Of a DNA stretch of 64,000 nucleotides, positions 19,951 through 35,600 are shown in pieces. Origin of the DNA: Eledone cirrhosa. Lineage: Eukaryota. Each line of letters begins with the position of its first letter. Position 1 is the stretch's first letter. The position numbers were made by a program, and so were the translations under genes. Location: the NCBI GenBank assembly GCA_964016885.1, contig OZ024748.1, positions 30,876,001 to 30,940,000 of the forward strand, in the 5' to 3' direction. Under the pieces are notes generated by a model, which searched no databases, was not told the origin of the DNA, and saw nothing but the letters and a program-made list of their open reading frames with translations.

Positions 19951-22900
19951 TAAACCCCAACCCAAGCCTTAGACTTAGGCTTAAATACAAACACCAAGCC
20001 TTAGACTTAGATTTAAACCTTAACCCAACCCTTAAACTTAGACTTAAACCCCAACCCCAAAGCTTAGACTTAGACTTACACCCCAACCCCAAGCCTTAGA
20101 CTTAAACTTAAACCCCAACTCCAAGACTTAGACTTAGACTTAAAGCCCAACCTCAAGCCTTAGACGTAGAAACTAACCCCAAGCGTAAGCCTTAGACTTA
20201 GAAATAAACCCTACCCAAGCCTTAGACTTAGACATAAACCCCAAACCCAAGTCTTAGAATTAGACTTAAACCCGTACACCAAACCCCAACCCCAAGCCTT
20301 AGATTTAGACTTAATCCCAAATCTTAAGCTTTAGACTTAGACGAAATCCCCAAATACAAGCCTTCAATTAAACCATAAACACAAGCCTTAGACTTAGACT
20401 TAAACCACAATCCCTAGTCTTAGACGTAAACTTAAACCCCAACCCCTAAACCTAGACTTAGACTTAAACACTAAGCCTTAGAATTACCCTTAAACCCCAA
20501 CTATAAGCCTTAGACTTAGACTAAACACCAACCCCTAGCCTTAGACGTAGACTTAAACCCCAACCCAAAGCTTACACTTAAACCCTAACCCCAAGCCTTA
20601 GACTTAAACTCTAACCTTAGACTTAGACTTAAACACCGACACCAAGCCTTAGACTTAGGCTTAAATACAAACCCCAAGCCTTAGACTTAGACTTAAACCT
20701 TAACCCCAACCCTTAAACTTAGACTTAAACCCCAACCCCAAGGCTTAGACTTAGACTTAAAGCCCAACCTCAAGCCTTAGACGTAGACACTAAGCCCAAA
20801 CCAAAGCCTTAGACTTAGAATTAAACCCCAGCCACAAGCCTTATACATAGACTTAAACCACAACCCCAAGCCTTAGAATTAAACCCTAACAACAAGACTT
20901 AGACTTAAAATCTAACCCCAACCCAAGCCTTATCCCAACCCGTAAACTTAAACCCTAACCAAACCCGTAGACTTAAACGCTAACCCCAACCCTTAAACGT
21001 AGACTTATACCCCAACCCCACGTCTTAGACTTAGACTTACATTCTAACCTCAAGCCTTAGACGTAGACACTAACGACAAACCAGAGCCTTAGACTTAGAC
21101 ATAAACCCCAACCCCAGAGCCTTTGACTTAGACTTAAACCCCAACCCCAAACTTTAGGCTTAGGCTTAAACACCAACCCCCAAGCCTTAGAGTTAAACCC
21201 CAACCCAAAGTCTTAGACTTAGACTTAATCACAAACCCAAAGCCTTAGACTTAAACCAAAACCCCAAAACGTAAACATAGATTTAATCCCCAACCCTAAG
21301 CCTTAGAGATAGTCTTAAACCCCAACCCCAAACGTTAGACATAGATTTAAACCCCAACCACAAGCATTAAACTTAGACTTAAACCCAAACCACTAGTATT
21401 AGACTTAGAGTTAAACTCCAAGCCATATACATAGATTTAAACGCCAACCTCAAGATTTAGACTTAGATTAAACCCCAGCTCCAAGCCTTAGACTTAAACT
21501 TAAACCTCAACCCAAAGCCTTAGACTTAGACTTAAACCCCAAACCCAAGCAGTAGACTTAGACTTAAACCCCAACCCCAAGCCTCAGGTGAGACTTAAAC
21601 TCCAACCCTTAGACTTAGACTAAACCCCAACCCAAAGCCTTAGACGTAAACTTAAACTTAGACTTAAACGTAAACCCAGACCTCAAGCCTAAGGCGTAGA
21701 CTTAAACACCAAGCCAAAGCTTACACTTAAACCCCAACCCAAGCCTTAGACTTAGGCTTAAATACAAACCCCAAGCCTTAGACTTAGACTTAAACCTTAA
21801 CCCCAACCCTTAAACTTAGACTTAAACCCCAACCCCAAGGCTTAGACTTAGACTTACACCCCAACCCCTAGCCTTAGACTTAAACTTAAACCCCAACTCC
21901 AAGACTTAGACTTAGACTTAAAGCCCAACCTCAAGCCTTAGACGTAGAAACTAACCCCAAGCTTAAGCCTTATACTTAGAAATAAACCCCAACCCCAAGC
22001 CTTATACATAGACTTAAACCACAACCCCAAGCCTTAGAATTAAACCCTAACAACAAGACTTAGACTTAAAATCTAACCCCAACCCAAGCGTTAGCCCAAC
22101 CCGTAGACTTAAACGCTAAACCCAACCCTTAAACGTAGACTTATACCCCAACCCCAAGTCTTAGACTTAGACTTACATCCTAACCTCAATTCTTAGACGT
22201 AGACACTAACGACAAACCAGAGCCTTAGACTTAGAATTAAACCCCAACACCAAGTCTTATACATAGATTAAACCACAACGCCAAGCCTTAGACTTAAAAT
22301 TAAACCCCAACAACAAGTCTTAGACTTAAAACCTAACCCCAAATCTAAGTCTTAGCCCAACCCGTAAATTTCAACCCCAACCCAAAGCCTCAGACTTAGA
22401 CTTAAACACCAACCCCAAGTCTTAGACATAGACTTAAACCCCAACCCCAAGATTTAGCCTTCGACATAAACCGCAACCACAAGCATTAGACTTAGACCTA
22501 AACCCCAACCACTAGCATTAGACTTAGACTTAAACACCAAGCCATAGTAATAGATTTTAACCATAACCTCAAGATTAGACTTAGATTTAAACCCCAGCTT
22601 CAAGCCATAGACTTAGACTTACACCCCAACCCCAAGCCTTAGACGTAAACTTAAACCCCAACCCCAAGCGTTAGACATAGACTTAAACCACAACCCCAAG
22701 CGTTAGAATTAAACCCTTACAACAAGATATAGACTTAAAATCTAACCCCAACCCAAAGCCTTAGCCCAAACCGTAAACTTAAACCCCAACCCAAAGCCTT
22801 AGACATAGACTTAAACCTCAAACCCAACCATTAGACTTCGACATAAACCCCAACCACAAGCATTAGACTTAGACTTAAACCCCTACCCCAAGCCTTAGAC

Positions 22901-25900
22901 TTAGACATAAACCCCAACTTTAAGCCTTAGACTTAACTTGAACCCCAACCCCAAGCCTTAGACTTAGACTTAAACCCCAACCACTAGCATTAGACTTAGA
23001 CTTAAACCCCAACTACAAGCCTTAGAATTAAACCATAACCACAAGACTTAGACATAAACCCCAACCCCAGAGCCTTTGACTTAGACTTAAACTCCAACCC
23101 CAAAACTTTAGACTTAGACTTAAACACCAACCCCCAAGCCTTAGACATAAACCCCAACCAAAAGTCTTAGACTTAGACTTAACCACAAACCCAAAGCCAT
23201 AGACTTAAACCCAAACCCCAAAACGTTAACATAGATTTAATCCCCAACCCTAAGCCTTAGAGATAGTCTTAAACCCCAACCCCAAACGTTAGACATAGAT
23301 TTAAACCCCAACCCCAAGCCTTAGACTTTGACTTAAAACCCATCCACTAGCATTAGTCTTAGACTTAAACCCCAACCCCAAGCCTTAGACATAGGCTTAA
23401 ACACAAACCCAAGCTTTAGACTTAGATTTAAATCCTAACCACAACATTAGATTAGACTTAAACCCCAACTCAAAGCCTTAGACTTAGACTTAAACCCCAA
23501 ACTCAAGCCTTAGACTTAGAGTTAAAACCCCACAACAGGTCTTAGACTTAAACCCTAACCCCAACCCTTAAACTTAGACTTAAACACCAACCCCAAAGCT
23601 TAGACTTAGACTTACACCCCAACCACAAGCCTTAGACGTAAACTTAAACCCCAACTCCAAGACTTAGACTTAGACTTAAACCCTAACCTCAAGCCTTAGA
23701 CGTAGACACTAACGACAAACTAGAGCCTTAGACTTAGAATTAAACCCCAATCCCAAGCCTTATACATAGACTTAAACCACAACACCAAGCCTTAGACTTA
23801 AAATTAAATCCTAATAACAAGACTTAGAGTTAAACAAGTCTTAGAATTAAAGCCCAAACCCAAGTCTTAGACATAGAATTAAACCCCAACCCCAAGCGTT
23901 CAGACTTCGACATAAAACCCAACCACAAGTATTAGACTTAGACTTAAACCCCAACCACTAGTATTAGACTTAGACTTAAACTCCAAGCCATAGACATAGA
24001 TTTAAACCCTAACCTCAAGATTAGACTTAGACTTAAAAGCCAGCTTCAAGCCTTAGACTTAGACTTACACCCCAACCCAAAGTCTTAGACGTAAACTTCA
24101 ACCCCAACTCCAAGACTTAAACCACAACCTCAAGCCTTAGACGTAGACACTAACCCCAAACCGGAGCCTTAGACATAGACTTAAACCCCAACCCCAAGCT
24201 TTTAGACTTCGACATAAACCGCAACCACAAGCATTAGACTTAGACTTAAACCCTAACCCCAAGCGTTAGACTTAGACTTAACCCAACCATAAGCCTTAGA
24301 CTTAGACTTAAACCCCAAGTCATAGACATAGACTTAAACCACAACCTCAAGCATTAGACGTAGACACTAACCCCAAACCAGAGCCTTAGACGTAGACTTA
24401 AACCCCAACCTCAAGCCTTAGACTTAGACTTAGACTTAAACCCCAACCCCAAGCCTTAGACTTAGACTTAAACCCAAACCACTAGCATTAGACTTAGACT
24501 TAAACTCCAAGCCATACACATAGATTTAAACGCCAACCTCAAGATTTAGACTTAGATTAAACCCCAGCCTTAGACTTAAACTTAAAACTCAACCAAAAGC
24601 CTTAGACTTAGACTTAAAGCCCAAACCCAAGCAGTAGACTTAGACTTAAACCCAAAGCCCAAGCCTTAGAATTAACTTAAAACCCAACCACTAGCATTTG
24701 ACTTAGATTTAAACCCCATTAAATCCTAACCCCAAGCCTTAGACTTAGACTTAAACCCCAACCCCAAGCCTTAGACATAGACTTAAATCTCAACTGTAAG
24801 CCTTAGACAGACTTAAAGCCCAACACCAGGCCTTAGACTTAAACCCTAACCCCCACCCTTAAACTTAGACTTAAAAGCCAACCGCAAGACTTAGACTTAG
24901 ACTTACACCCCAACCCCTAGCCTTAGACGTAAACTTAAACCCAACTCCAAGACTTAGACTTAGACTTAAACCCCAAGCTCAAACCTTAGACGTAGACACT
25001 AACCCCAAACCAAAGACTTAGACTTAGAATTAAACCCCAACCCCAAGCCTTATACATAGACTTAAACCACAACACCAAGCCTTAGAATTATACCCTAACA
25101 ACAAGACTTAGTCTTAAAACCTAACCCCAACCCCAAGACTTAGCCCAACCCGTAAACTTAAACCACAACTCCAAGCCTTACACTTAGACTTAAAGCCCAA
25201 CCTAAAGCCTTAGACTTAGACTTAAACCCCAACATCAAGCCTTAGACATATATATGAACCCCAACCCCAAGCGTTAGACTTAGACTTAAACCCCAACTAA
25301 AAGCTTTAGAATTAAACCCTAACCCAAGACTTAGATTTAAACCCGAACCCCAAACTTTAGTCTTTGACTTAAAACCCAACCACTAGCATTAGTCTTAGAC
25401 TTAAAACCCAACCCCAAGCCTTAGACATAGGCTTAAACACAAACCGAAGCTTTAGACTTAGATTTAAACCCTAACAACAACCTTAGACTTAGACTTAAAC
25501 CCCAACTCAAAGCCTTAGACTTAGACTTAAACCCCAACCCCAAGCTTTAGACTTAGTGTTAAACAACCACGTCAGGTCTTAGACTTAAACCCTAACCCCA
25601 ACCCTTAAACTTAGATTTAAAGCCCAACCCCAAGGCTTAGACTTAGACTTACACCCCAACCACTAGCCTTAGACGTAAACTTAAACCCAAACTCCAAGAC
25701 TTAGACTTAGACTTAAACCCTAACTTCAAGCCTTAGACGTAGACACTAACGACAAACCAGAGCCTTAGACTTAGAATTAAACCCCAATCCCAAGCCTTAT
25801 ACATAGACTTAAACCACAACACCAAGCCTTAGACTTAAAATTAAACCCTAATAACAAGTCTTAGACTTAAAACCTAACCCGTAAACTTCAACCCCAACCC

Positions 25901-28900
25901 CAAGCCTTAGACTTAGAATTAAAGCCCAAACCCAAGCCTTAGACATATACTTAAACCCCAACCAGAAGCTTAGCCTTCGACATAAACCCTAACCTCAAGA
26001 TTAGACTTAGACTTAAACCCCAGCTTCAAGCCTTAGACTTAGACTTACACCCAACCCCAAGCCTTAGACGTAAACTTAAACCCCAACTCCAAGCCATAGT
26101 CATAGACTTAAACCCCAACCCCAAGCTTTCAGACTTCGACATAAACCCCAACCACAAGCATTAGACTTAGACTTAAACCCTAACCCCAAGCGTTAGACTT
26201 AGACTTACCCCAACCATAAGCCTTAGACTTAGACTTAAACCCCAAGTCATAAACAGAGACTTAAACCCCAACCTCAAGCCTTAGACGTAGACACTAACCC
26301 CAAACCAGAGCCTTAGACGTAGACTTAAACCCCAACCACAAGCCTTAGACTTAGACTTAAACCCCAACACCAAGCCTTAGACTTAGACTTAAACCCAAAC
26401 CACTAGCATTAGACTTAGACTTAAACACCAACCCAAGGCTTAGACATATATTTAACGCCAAACCCAAGCCTTAGACTTAGAATTGAGTCCCAACTCCTAG
26501 CCTTAGAATTAAACTTAAACCCCAACCCTAAGCCTTAGACTTAGATTTAAACCTCAACCCCAGGCCTTAGACGTAGACTTAACCCCAAACCCCAAGCCTT
26601 AGACATAAACTTAAACCCGAAGCCCAAGCCTTAGATTTAGACTTAAACCCCAACACCAAGCCTTAGACTTAGATCCTAACACCAAGCCTTAGACTTAAAC
26701 CCCAACCCCACGCCTTAGACTTAGTCTTAAACACAAACCCCCAAGCATTACATTTATATTTAAACCCAAACCAAAGCCTTGCACATAGACTTAATTCCCA
26801 ACCCCAACACTTAGACTTAAAGTCCAACGCCAAGCCTTAGACGTAGATTTAAACCTCTACCCAAAGCCTTAGAATTAGACTTAAACCCAAAACCGAAGCT
26901 TTAGACTTAAACTTAAACCCTAACCTCAAGCCTTAGACTTAGACTTAAACCCCAACCCCAAGCCTTAGACATAGACTTAAACCTTAACCGTAAGCCCTAG
27001 ACAGACTTAAAGCCCAACCACTAGCATTAGACTTAGACTTAAACACCAAGCCATACACATAGATTGAAACGCCAACCTCAAGATTTAGACTTAGACTTAG
27101 ACTTAAACGTCAACCAAAAGCCTTAGACTTAGACTTAAACCCCAACCCCAAGGCTTAGACATAGATTTAAACGCCAAACCCAAGCCTTAGACTTAGCATT
27201 GAGCCCCAACTCTTAGCCTTAGAATTAAATTTAAACCCCAAACCTAAGCCTTAGACTTAGATTTAAACCTCAACCCCAGGCATTAGACTTAGACTTAAAT
27301 CACAACCCAAAGCCTTACATTTATATTTAAACCCAAAACCAAAGCCTTGCAGATAGACTTAATTCCCAACCCCAACACTTAGACTTAAAGTCCAACGCCA
27401 AGCCTTAGACGTAGATTTAAACCTCTACCCAAAGCCTTAGAATTAGATTTAAACCGCAAACCGAAGCGGTAGACTTAAACTTAAACACTAATCCCAAGCC
27501 TTAGACTTAGACTTAAACCCCAACCCCAAGCCTTAGCCTTAGACCTAAAGCCCAACTCCAGGCATTAGACTTAAACACTAACCCCAACCCTTAAACTTAG
27601 AATTAAACTCCAACCCCAAGCGTTAGTCTTTGACTTAAACCCCAAGACTTAGACTTAAATCCTAAAACCAAGCCTTAGAGTTAGACTTAAACCCCAACCA
27701 CAAGACTTAGACTTAGATTTAAACCCGAACCCGAAGCCTTAGACTTAAACCCCAACCACAGGACTTAGTCTCAGACTAAAACCCGAACCCCAAGCCTTAG
27801 ATTTACACTTAAACCCCAACCACATTTCTTAATCTTAGACTTAAACCACACCAATAGCATTAAACTTAGACATAAACCCCAACTCCCAAGCCTTACAATT
27901 AAACCATAACCACAAGCCGTAGACGTAAACCCAACAGCAAGCCTTAGACATAGACTTAAACCCCAACCCCAACCCTTAGACATAGATTTAAACCCCAACC
28001 CTAAGCCTTAGTCTTAGACTTAAACCACAACCTCAAAACATAGACTTAGACTTAAACCTCAACCACTAGCATTAGACTTAGACTTAAACCCCAACCCCAA
28101 GCCTTAGACATATATATGAACCGCAACCCTAAGCGTTAGACATAGACTTAAACCCCATCTCCAAGCTTTAGAATTAAACCGTAACATCAAGACTTAGATT
28201 TAAACCCGAACCCCAAACCTTAGACTTAGACTTAAACTCCAACCCCAATTCTTAGTCTTAGACTTAAACCCACCACTAGCATTAGACTTAGACATAAACC
28301 CCAACTCCTAGCCTTAGAATTAAACCATAACCACAAGCCGTAGACGTAAATCCAACACCATACTTTAGACTTAGACTTAAACCCCAACCCCAACCCTTAG
28401 ACATAGATTTAAACCCCAACCCTAAGCCTTAGACTTAGACTTAAACCCCAACCCCAAAACACAAGCATTAGACTTAGACTTAAAGCCAACACCAAGCCTT
28501 AGACTTAAACCGTTACCCCAAGCCTTACACTTAAACCCAAAACCATAGCCTTAGACATAGACTTAAATCCCAACACCAATCCTTAGACATAGACTTAAAT
28601 GCCAACCAAAAACCTTACACTTAGACTTAAACCCCAACCCCAAGCCTTAGACTTATATTTAAACACCAACCCCAAGCCTCAGACTTAGACTTATCGCCGA
28701 ACGCGAAGCTTTAAAATTAGACTTAAACCCGAAATCCAAGCCTTAGACTTAGATTTAAACCACAATCCCAAGCCTTAGACTTCGACTTGAACCCGAACAA
28801 CAAGCCTTAGACTTAAATGCCAACCCCAAGCCTTACACTTAAATTTAACCCCAAACCCAAGCCTTAGGCTTAGACATAAACGAGCCCCCAAGCTTTAGAC

Positions 28901-31884
28901 ATAGACTTAAACCCCAAATCCAAGCCTTAGACGTAAAATTAAACCCCAACTCCAAGACTTAGACTTAAACCCCAAACTCAAGCCTTAGACGTAGACTAAA
29001 ACCCCTACCCAAAGCCTTAGACTTAGACTTAAACTCCAACCCCAAGTCTTAGAATTAAATCCTAACCACAACCCTTAGACTTAAACCCGAACTCCAACTC
29101 CAAGCCTTATACTTAGACTTATACCCCAAGCCCAAGTCTTAGAATTAGAAATACACCCTAACGCCAAACATTAGATTTATACTTACATCCTAACCCCAAG
29201 TCTTAGACTTAGACTTAATACCCAAACTTAAGCCTTAGACATAGACTTAATCCCCAACATTAAGCTTTAGACTTAGACTTAAACCCCAAGCCTTAGACAT
29301 AGATTTAAACCCCAACCACAAGCCTTAGAGTTAGACTTAAACACCAAGCCCAACCATTGAGTTAGACTTGAAACCCAATCGCAAGCGTTAGACTTAGATT
29401 TCAACCTCAACCACAAGCATGAGACTTTGACTTAAACTCCAACCCCAAAACTTAGACTTAGTCTTAAACCCCAGCCCCAGGCCTTAGATTTAAACTTAAA
29501 CCTCAACACAAAGCCTTAGACTTAGACTTAAACCCAAACCCCAAGCCTTTGACTTAGACTTAAAGCCCATCCTAAAGCCTTAGACTTAGACTTAAACTCC
29601 AAGACCAAGCCTTAGATATATACTTAAACCCCAACTCCAAGCCTTAGAATTAAACCCTAACCCCAAGCCTTAGACTTAAATCCTAAACCAACCCTTAGAC
29701 TTAACTTAAACCACAAACCCAAGCATTAGAGCTAGACTTAAACCCCAACCACAAGACTTAGACTTAGACTTAAACCCCAACGCCAACCTTAGACTTAGAA
29801 TTAAACCCGAACACCAAGCCTTAAACTTAGACTTAAACCCCAACCCCAATTCTTAGTCTTAGCCTTAAACCCCATCCACTAGTATTAGACTTAGACATAA
29901 ACTCCAACTCCAAGCCTTAAAATTAAACCATAACCACAAGCCGTAGACTTAAACCCAGCACCAAGCCTTAGAGTTAGACTTAAACCCCAAACCCAAGCCT
30001 TAGACTTAGATTTAAACACCAACCCCAAGCCTCAGACTTAGACTTAAAGCCGAACACGAAGTCTTAAAATTAGACTTAAACCCTAAACCCAAGCCTTAGG
30101 CTTAGACATAAACGCCCCCAAAGCCTTAGACTTAGACTTAAACCCCAAATCAAAGCCTTAGACTTAAACACTAACCGCAAGATTTAGACTTAAATCCTAA
30201 CACCAACCCTTACACTTAGTCTTAAACCACAACCCCAAGCCTTAGACTTAGACTTATACCCCAAGCCCAATCCTTAGACTTAGACATAAACCCTAACGCC
30301 AAGCATTAGATTTATACTTACATCCTAACCCCAAGCCTTAGACTTAGACTTAAACCCTAACCCATGCCTTTGACTTAGACATAAACCCCAACCACAAGAC
30401 TTAGCCTTAAAACCCAACACCCATCCTTAGATTTAAATCCTATCCCTTAGATTTAAACCCCAACCACAAGTCTTAGGCTTAGACTTAAAATCTAACCCCA
30501 AGCCTTAGACTTAAACTCTAACCTTAGACTTACACTTAAACCCCAACCATAAGCCTTAGACTTAGACTTAAACCACAACTCCAATCCCTAGAATTAAACC
30601 ATTACCACAAGCCGTAGACTTAAACCCAACACCATGCCTTAGGGTTAAACTTAAACCCCAACGCCAACCCTTAGACATAGATTTAAACCCCAACCCTAAG
30701 CCGTAGACTTAGACTTAAACCCGAAACCCAAGCCTTAGACTTAGACTTAAATCCCAACCCCAAGCCTTAGACTTAGATTTAAACGCCAACCCCAAGCCTT
30801 AGATTTAGATTTAAAACCCAACCACAAGCCTTAGACTTAGATTTAAACCCGAACCCAAAGCCTTAGAATTAAACTTAAACACGAACCCCAAGCCTTAGAA
30901 TTAGACTAAATCCCCAACCTTAAGCCTTAGACATAGACTTAATCCCCAACATTAAGCTTTAGACTGAGACTTAAATCTTAAACAGAGACTTAAATCCCAA
31001 AACCAAGCCTTAGACATAGATTTAAACCTCAACCACAAGCCTCCCACTTAGACTTAAACCCCAACCCCAAGCCTTAGACTTAGATTTAGACACCAACCCC
31101 AAGCCTCAGACTTAGACTTAAAGCCGAACACGAAGTCTTAAAATTAGACTTAAACCCGAAATCCAAGCCTTAGACTTAGATTTAAACCCCAATCCCAAGC
31201 CTTAGACTTAGACTTAAAACCGAACACACAGCCTTAGACTTAAAGGCCAACCCCAAGCCTTAGACTTAGACTTAAACCCCAAACCCAAGCCTTAGACTTA
31301 GACATAAACGCCCCCCCCCCAAAGCCTTAGACTTAGACTTAAACCCCAAATCCAAGCCTTAGACTTAAACACTAACCGAGAGACTTAGATTTAAATTCTA
31401 ACACCAACCCTTAGACTTAGACTTAAACCACAACACCAAGCCTTAGACTTAGACTTATACCCCAAGACTAATCCTTAGACTTAGACATAAACCCTAACGA
31501 CAAGCATTAGATTAATACTTACATCCTAACCCCAAGTCTTAGACTTAGACTTAAACCCCAAACCCAAGCCTTCGATTTAGACTTAAACCTAACCCCAACC
31601 CTTAGACTTAAACTCTAACCTTAGACTTAGACTTAAACCCCAACCATAAGCCTTAGACTTAGACTGAAACACCAACTCCAAGCCCTAGAATTAAACCATT
31701 ACTACAAGCAGTAGACTTAAACCGAACACCATGCCTTAGGGTTAGACTTAAACCCAAACCACAACCCTTAGTCATAGATTTAAACCCCAACCCTAAGCCG
31801 TAGACTTAGACTTAAAGCCAAACCCCAAGCCTTAGACTTAGACTTAAACCCGAACACCAAGCCTTAGATTTAAAGGCCAACCCC

Positions 31885-32645
31885 AAGCCTTAGACTTAGA
31901 CTTAAACCCCAAACCCAAGCCTTAGGCTTAGACATAAACGCCCCCAAGCCTTAGACTGAGACATACACGCCCCTCCCGCCCCCCAAAGCCTTAGACTTAG
32001 ACTTAAACCCCAAATCCAAGCCTTAGGCTAAAACACTAACAGAGAGACTTAGACTTAGACTTAAACCGCAACCCCTACCCTTAGACGTAATATTAAACCA
32101 CAACTCTAAGACTTAGACTTAAACCACAAACTCAAGCCTTACACATAGACTTAAACCCCAACCCAAAGCCTTAGACTTAGACTTACACTCCAACCCCAAG
32201 TCTTAAAATTAAATCCTAACCACAACCCTTAGACTTCAACCCGAACCCGAACCCAAGCCTTAGACTTAGACTTAAACCCCAAACCCAAGCCTTAGGCTTA
32301 GACATAAACGCCCCCAAGCCTTAGACTGAGACATACACGCCCCTACCGCCCCCCAAAGCCTTAGACTTAGACTTAAACCCCAAATCCAAGCCTTAGGCTA
32401 AAACACTAACAGAGAGACTTAGACTTAGACTTAAACCGCAACCCCTACCCTTAGACGTAATATTAAACCACAACTCTAAGACTTAGACTTAAACCACAAA
32501 CTCAAGCCTTACACATAGACTTAAACCCCAACCCAAAGCCTTAGACTTAGACTTACACTCCAACCCCAAGTCTTAAAATTAAATCCTAACCACAACCCTT
32601 AGACTTCAACCCGAACCCGAACCCAAGCCTTAGACTTAGACTTAA
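31885..32645. repeat. 370-bp tandem duplication
   Basis: cttaggcttagacataaacgccccc at 31921 and 32291; agagagactt at 32041 and 32411. Confidence 0.88.
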
Positions 32646-35600
32646 ACCCGAACCCCAAGCCTTAGACTTAGACTTAAACGCCAACCCAAAGTCTTAGATT
32701 TAGACTTAAAACCCAACCACAAGCCCTAGACTTAGACTCAAACCCAAACCCAAAGCTTTAGAATTAAACTTAAACCCGAACCCCAAGCCTTAGACTTAGA
32801 CTTAATCCCCAACCTTAAGCCTTATACATAGACTTAATCCCCAACATTAATCTTTAGACTTAGACTTAAACCCCAAGCCTTAGACATAGATTTGAACCCC
32901 AACCACAAGCCTTAAACTTAGACTTAAACCCCAAGCCCAACATTAGAGTTAGACTTGAACCCCAACCACAAGCATAAGACTTAAAATTAAACCTCAAACC
33001 AAAGAATTATACCCCAAGCCCAAGCATTAGACTTAGACATAAACCCTAACGCCAAGCATTAGATTTATACTTAGATCCTAAACCCAAGCCTTAGACTTAG
33101 ACTTAAACCCTAACCCTATGCCTTAGACTTAGATTTAGATTTAAACCCTAACCCTATGCCTTAGACTTAGATTTAGATTTAAAACCCAACCACAAACCTT
33201 AGACTTAGATTTAAACCCGAACCCAAAGCCTTAGAATTAAACTTAAACACGAACCCCAAGCCTTAGAATTAGACTAAATCCCCAACCTTAAGCCTTAGAC
33301 ATAGACTTAATCCCCAACATTAAGCTTTAGACTGAGACTTAAAACCCAACCCCAAGCATTAGACTTAGAATTAAACCCAAACTCCAAGCTTTAGAAGGAA
33401 AACCTAACACAAAGACTTGACTTAAATCCTAACACCAAGCCTTAGACTTAGACATAAACCCGAACTCCCAAGACTTAGAATTAAACCATAACCACAAGCC
33501 GTAGACTTAAACGCAACACCAAGCCTTAGACTTAGACTTAAACCCCAACACCAAACATTAGACATAGATTTAAACCCCAACCCTAAGCCTTAGACTTAGA
33601 CTTAAACCCTAACCCCAAGTCTTACACTTAAAACCAAAACCATAGCCTTAAACATAGACTTAAATCCCAACACCAAGCCTCACACTTAGACTTAAACCCC
33701 AACCCAAGCCTTAGACTTAGATTTAAACACCAACCCCAAGCCTCAGACTTAGACTTAAAGCCGAACACGAAGTCTTAAAATTAGACTTAAACCCGAAATC
33801 CAAGCCTTAGACTTAGACTTAAACCCCAAACCCAAGCCTTAGGCTTAGACATAAACGCCCCCCCAAAGCCTTAGACTTAGACTTAAACCCCAAATCCAAG
33901 CCTTAGGCTAAAACATTAACCGCAAGACTTAGACTTGGACTTAAACCGCAACCCCTACCTTAGACGTAATATTAAACCACAACTCTAAGACTTAGACTTA
34001 AACCCCAAACTCAAGCCTTACACGTAGACTTAAACCCCAACCCAAAGCCTTAGACTTAGACTTACACTCCAACCCCAAGTCTTAAAATTAAATCCTAACC
34101 ACAACGCTTAGACTTCAACCCGAACCCCAAGCCTTAGACTTAGACTTATACCCCAAGCCCAAGCATTAGACTTAGACATAAACCCTAACGCCAAGCATTA
34201 GATTTATACTTACATCCTAACCCCAAGCCTTAGACTTAGACTTAAAACCTAACCCCAAGCCGTAGAGTTAAACGCTAACCTTAGACTTAGACTTAAAACC
34301 CAACCCCAAGCCTTAGACTTAGACTTGAACACAACCCACTAGCATTAGACTTAGCTTTAAACCCCAACACCCATCCTTAGATTTAAATCCTATCCCTTAG
34401 ACTTAAACTACAACCATAAGCCTTAAACTTAGACTTAAACCCCAACTCCAAGCCCTAGAATTAAACCATTACCACAAGCCGTAGACTTAAACCCAACACC
34501 AATCCTTAGTGCTAGACTTAAACCCCAACCCCAACCCTTACACATACATTTAAACCCCAACCATAAGCCTTAGACTTAGACTTAAACCCAAACCACAAGA
34601 CTTAGACTTAGACTTAAACCTAAAACCCAAGCCTTAGACTTAGACTTAAACCCGAACCCAAAGCCTTAGATTTAGACTTAAAACCCAACCACAAGCCATA
34701 GACTTAGACTCAAACCCAAACCCAAAGCTTTAGAATTAAACTTAAACCCAAACCCCAAGCCTTAGACATAGACTTAATCCCCAACATTAAGCTTTAGACT
34801 TAGACTTAAACTCCATGCCTTAGACATAGATTTGAACCCCAACCACAAGCCTTAGACTTCGACTTAAACCCCAAGCCCAACATTAGAGTTAGACTTGAAG
34901 CCCAAGCCCAACATTAGAGTTAGACTTGAACCCCAACCACAAGCATAAGACTTAAACTTAAACCTCAACACAAAGCCTTAGACTTAGATTTAAACTCCAA
35001 CACCAAGACTTAGACTTAGACTTAAACCCCAACCCCAGGCCTTAGACTTAAACTTAAACATCAACACAAAGCCTTAGACTTAGACTTAAACTCCAACTCC
35101 AAGACTTAGATTTAGACTAAAACCCCAACCTAAAGCCTTAGACTTAGACTTAAACACCAACCCAAGCCTTAGACATATACTTAAACCCCAACTCCAAGCC
35201 TTAGAATTAAACCCTAACACCAAGCCTTAGACTTAAATCCTAAACCAACCCTTACACTTAGACTTAAACCACAAAACCAAGCCTTAGAGTTAGACTTAAA
35301 CCCCAAACCCAACCCTTAGATTTAGACTTAAACCCCAACCCAAGCCTAAGATTTAGACATAAACCCGAACACAAAGCCTTAGAATTTGACCCAAACACCT
35401 AGCCTTAGACTTAAACTTAAATCCCAACCCCAAGCTTTAGACTTAAACCCTAACACGAACCCTAAGCCTTAGACTTAAACCCCAACCCCAAGCCTTAGAC
35501 TTAGACATAAACGCAAAACCGAAGGCTTAGACTTAGACTTAAACCCCAACCCCCAGCCTTAGATTTCGACTTAAACCCCAAATCCAAGCCTTAGACTTAC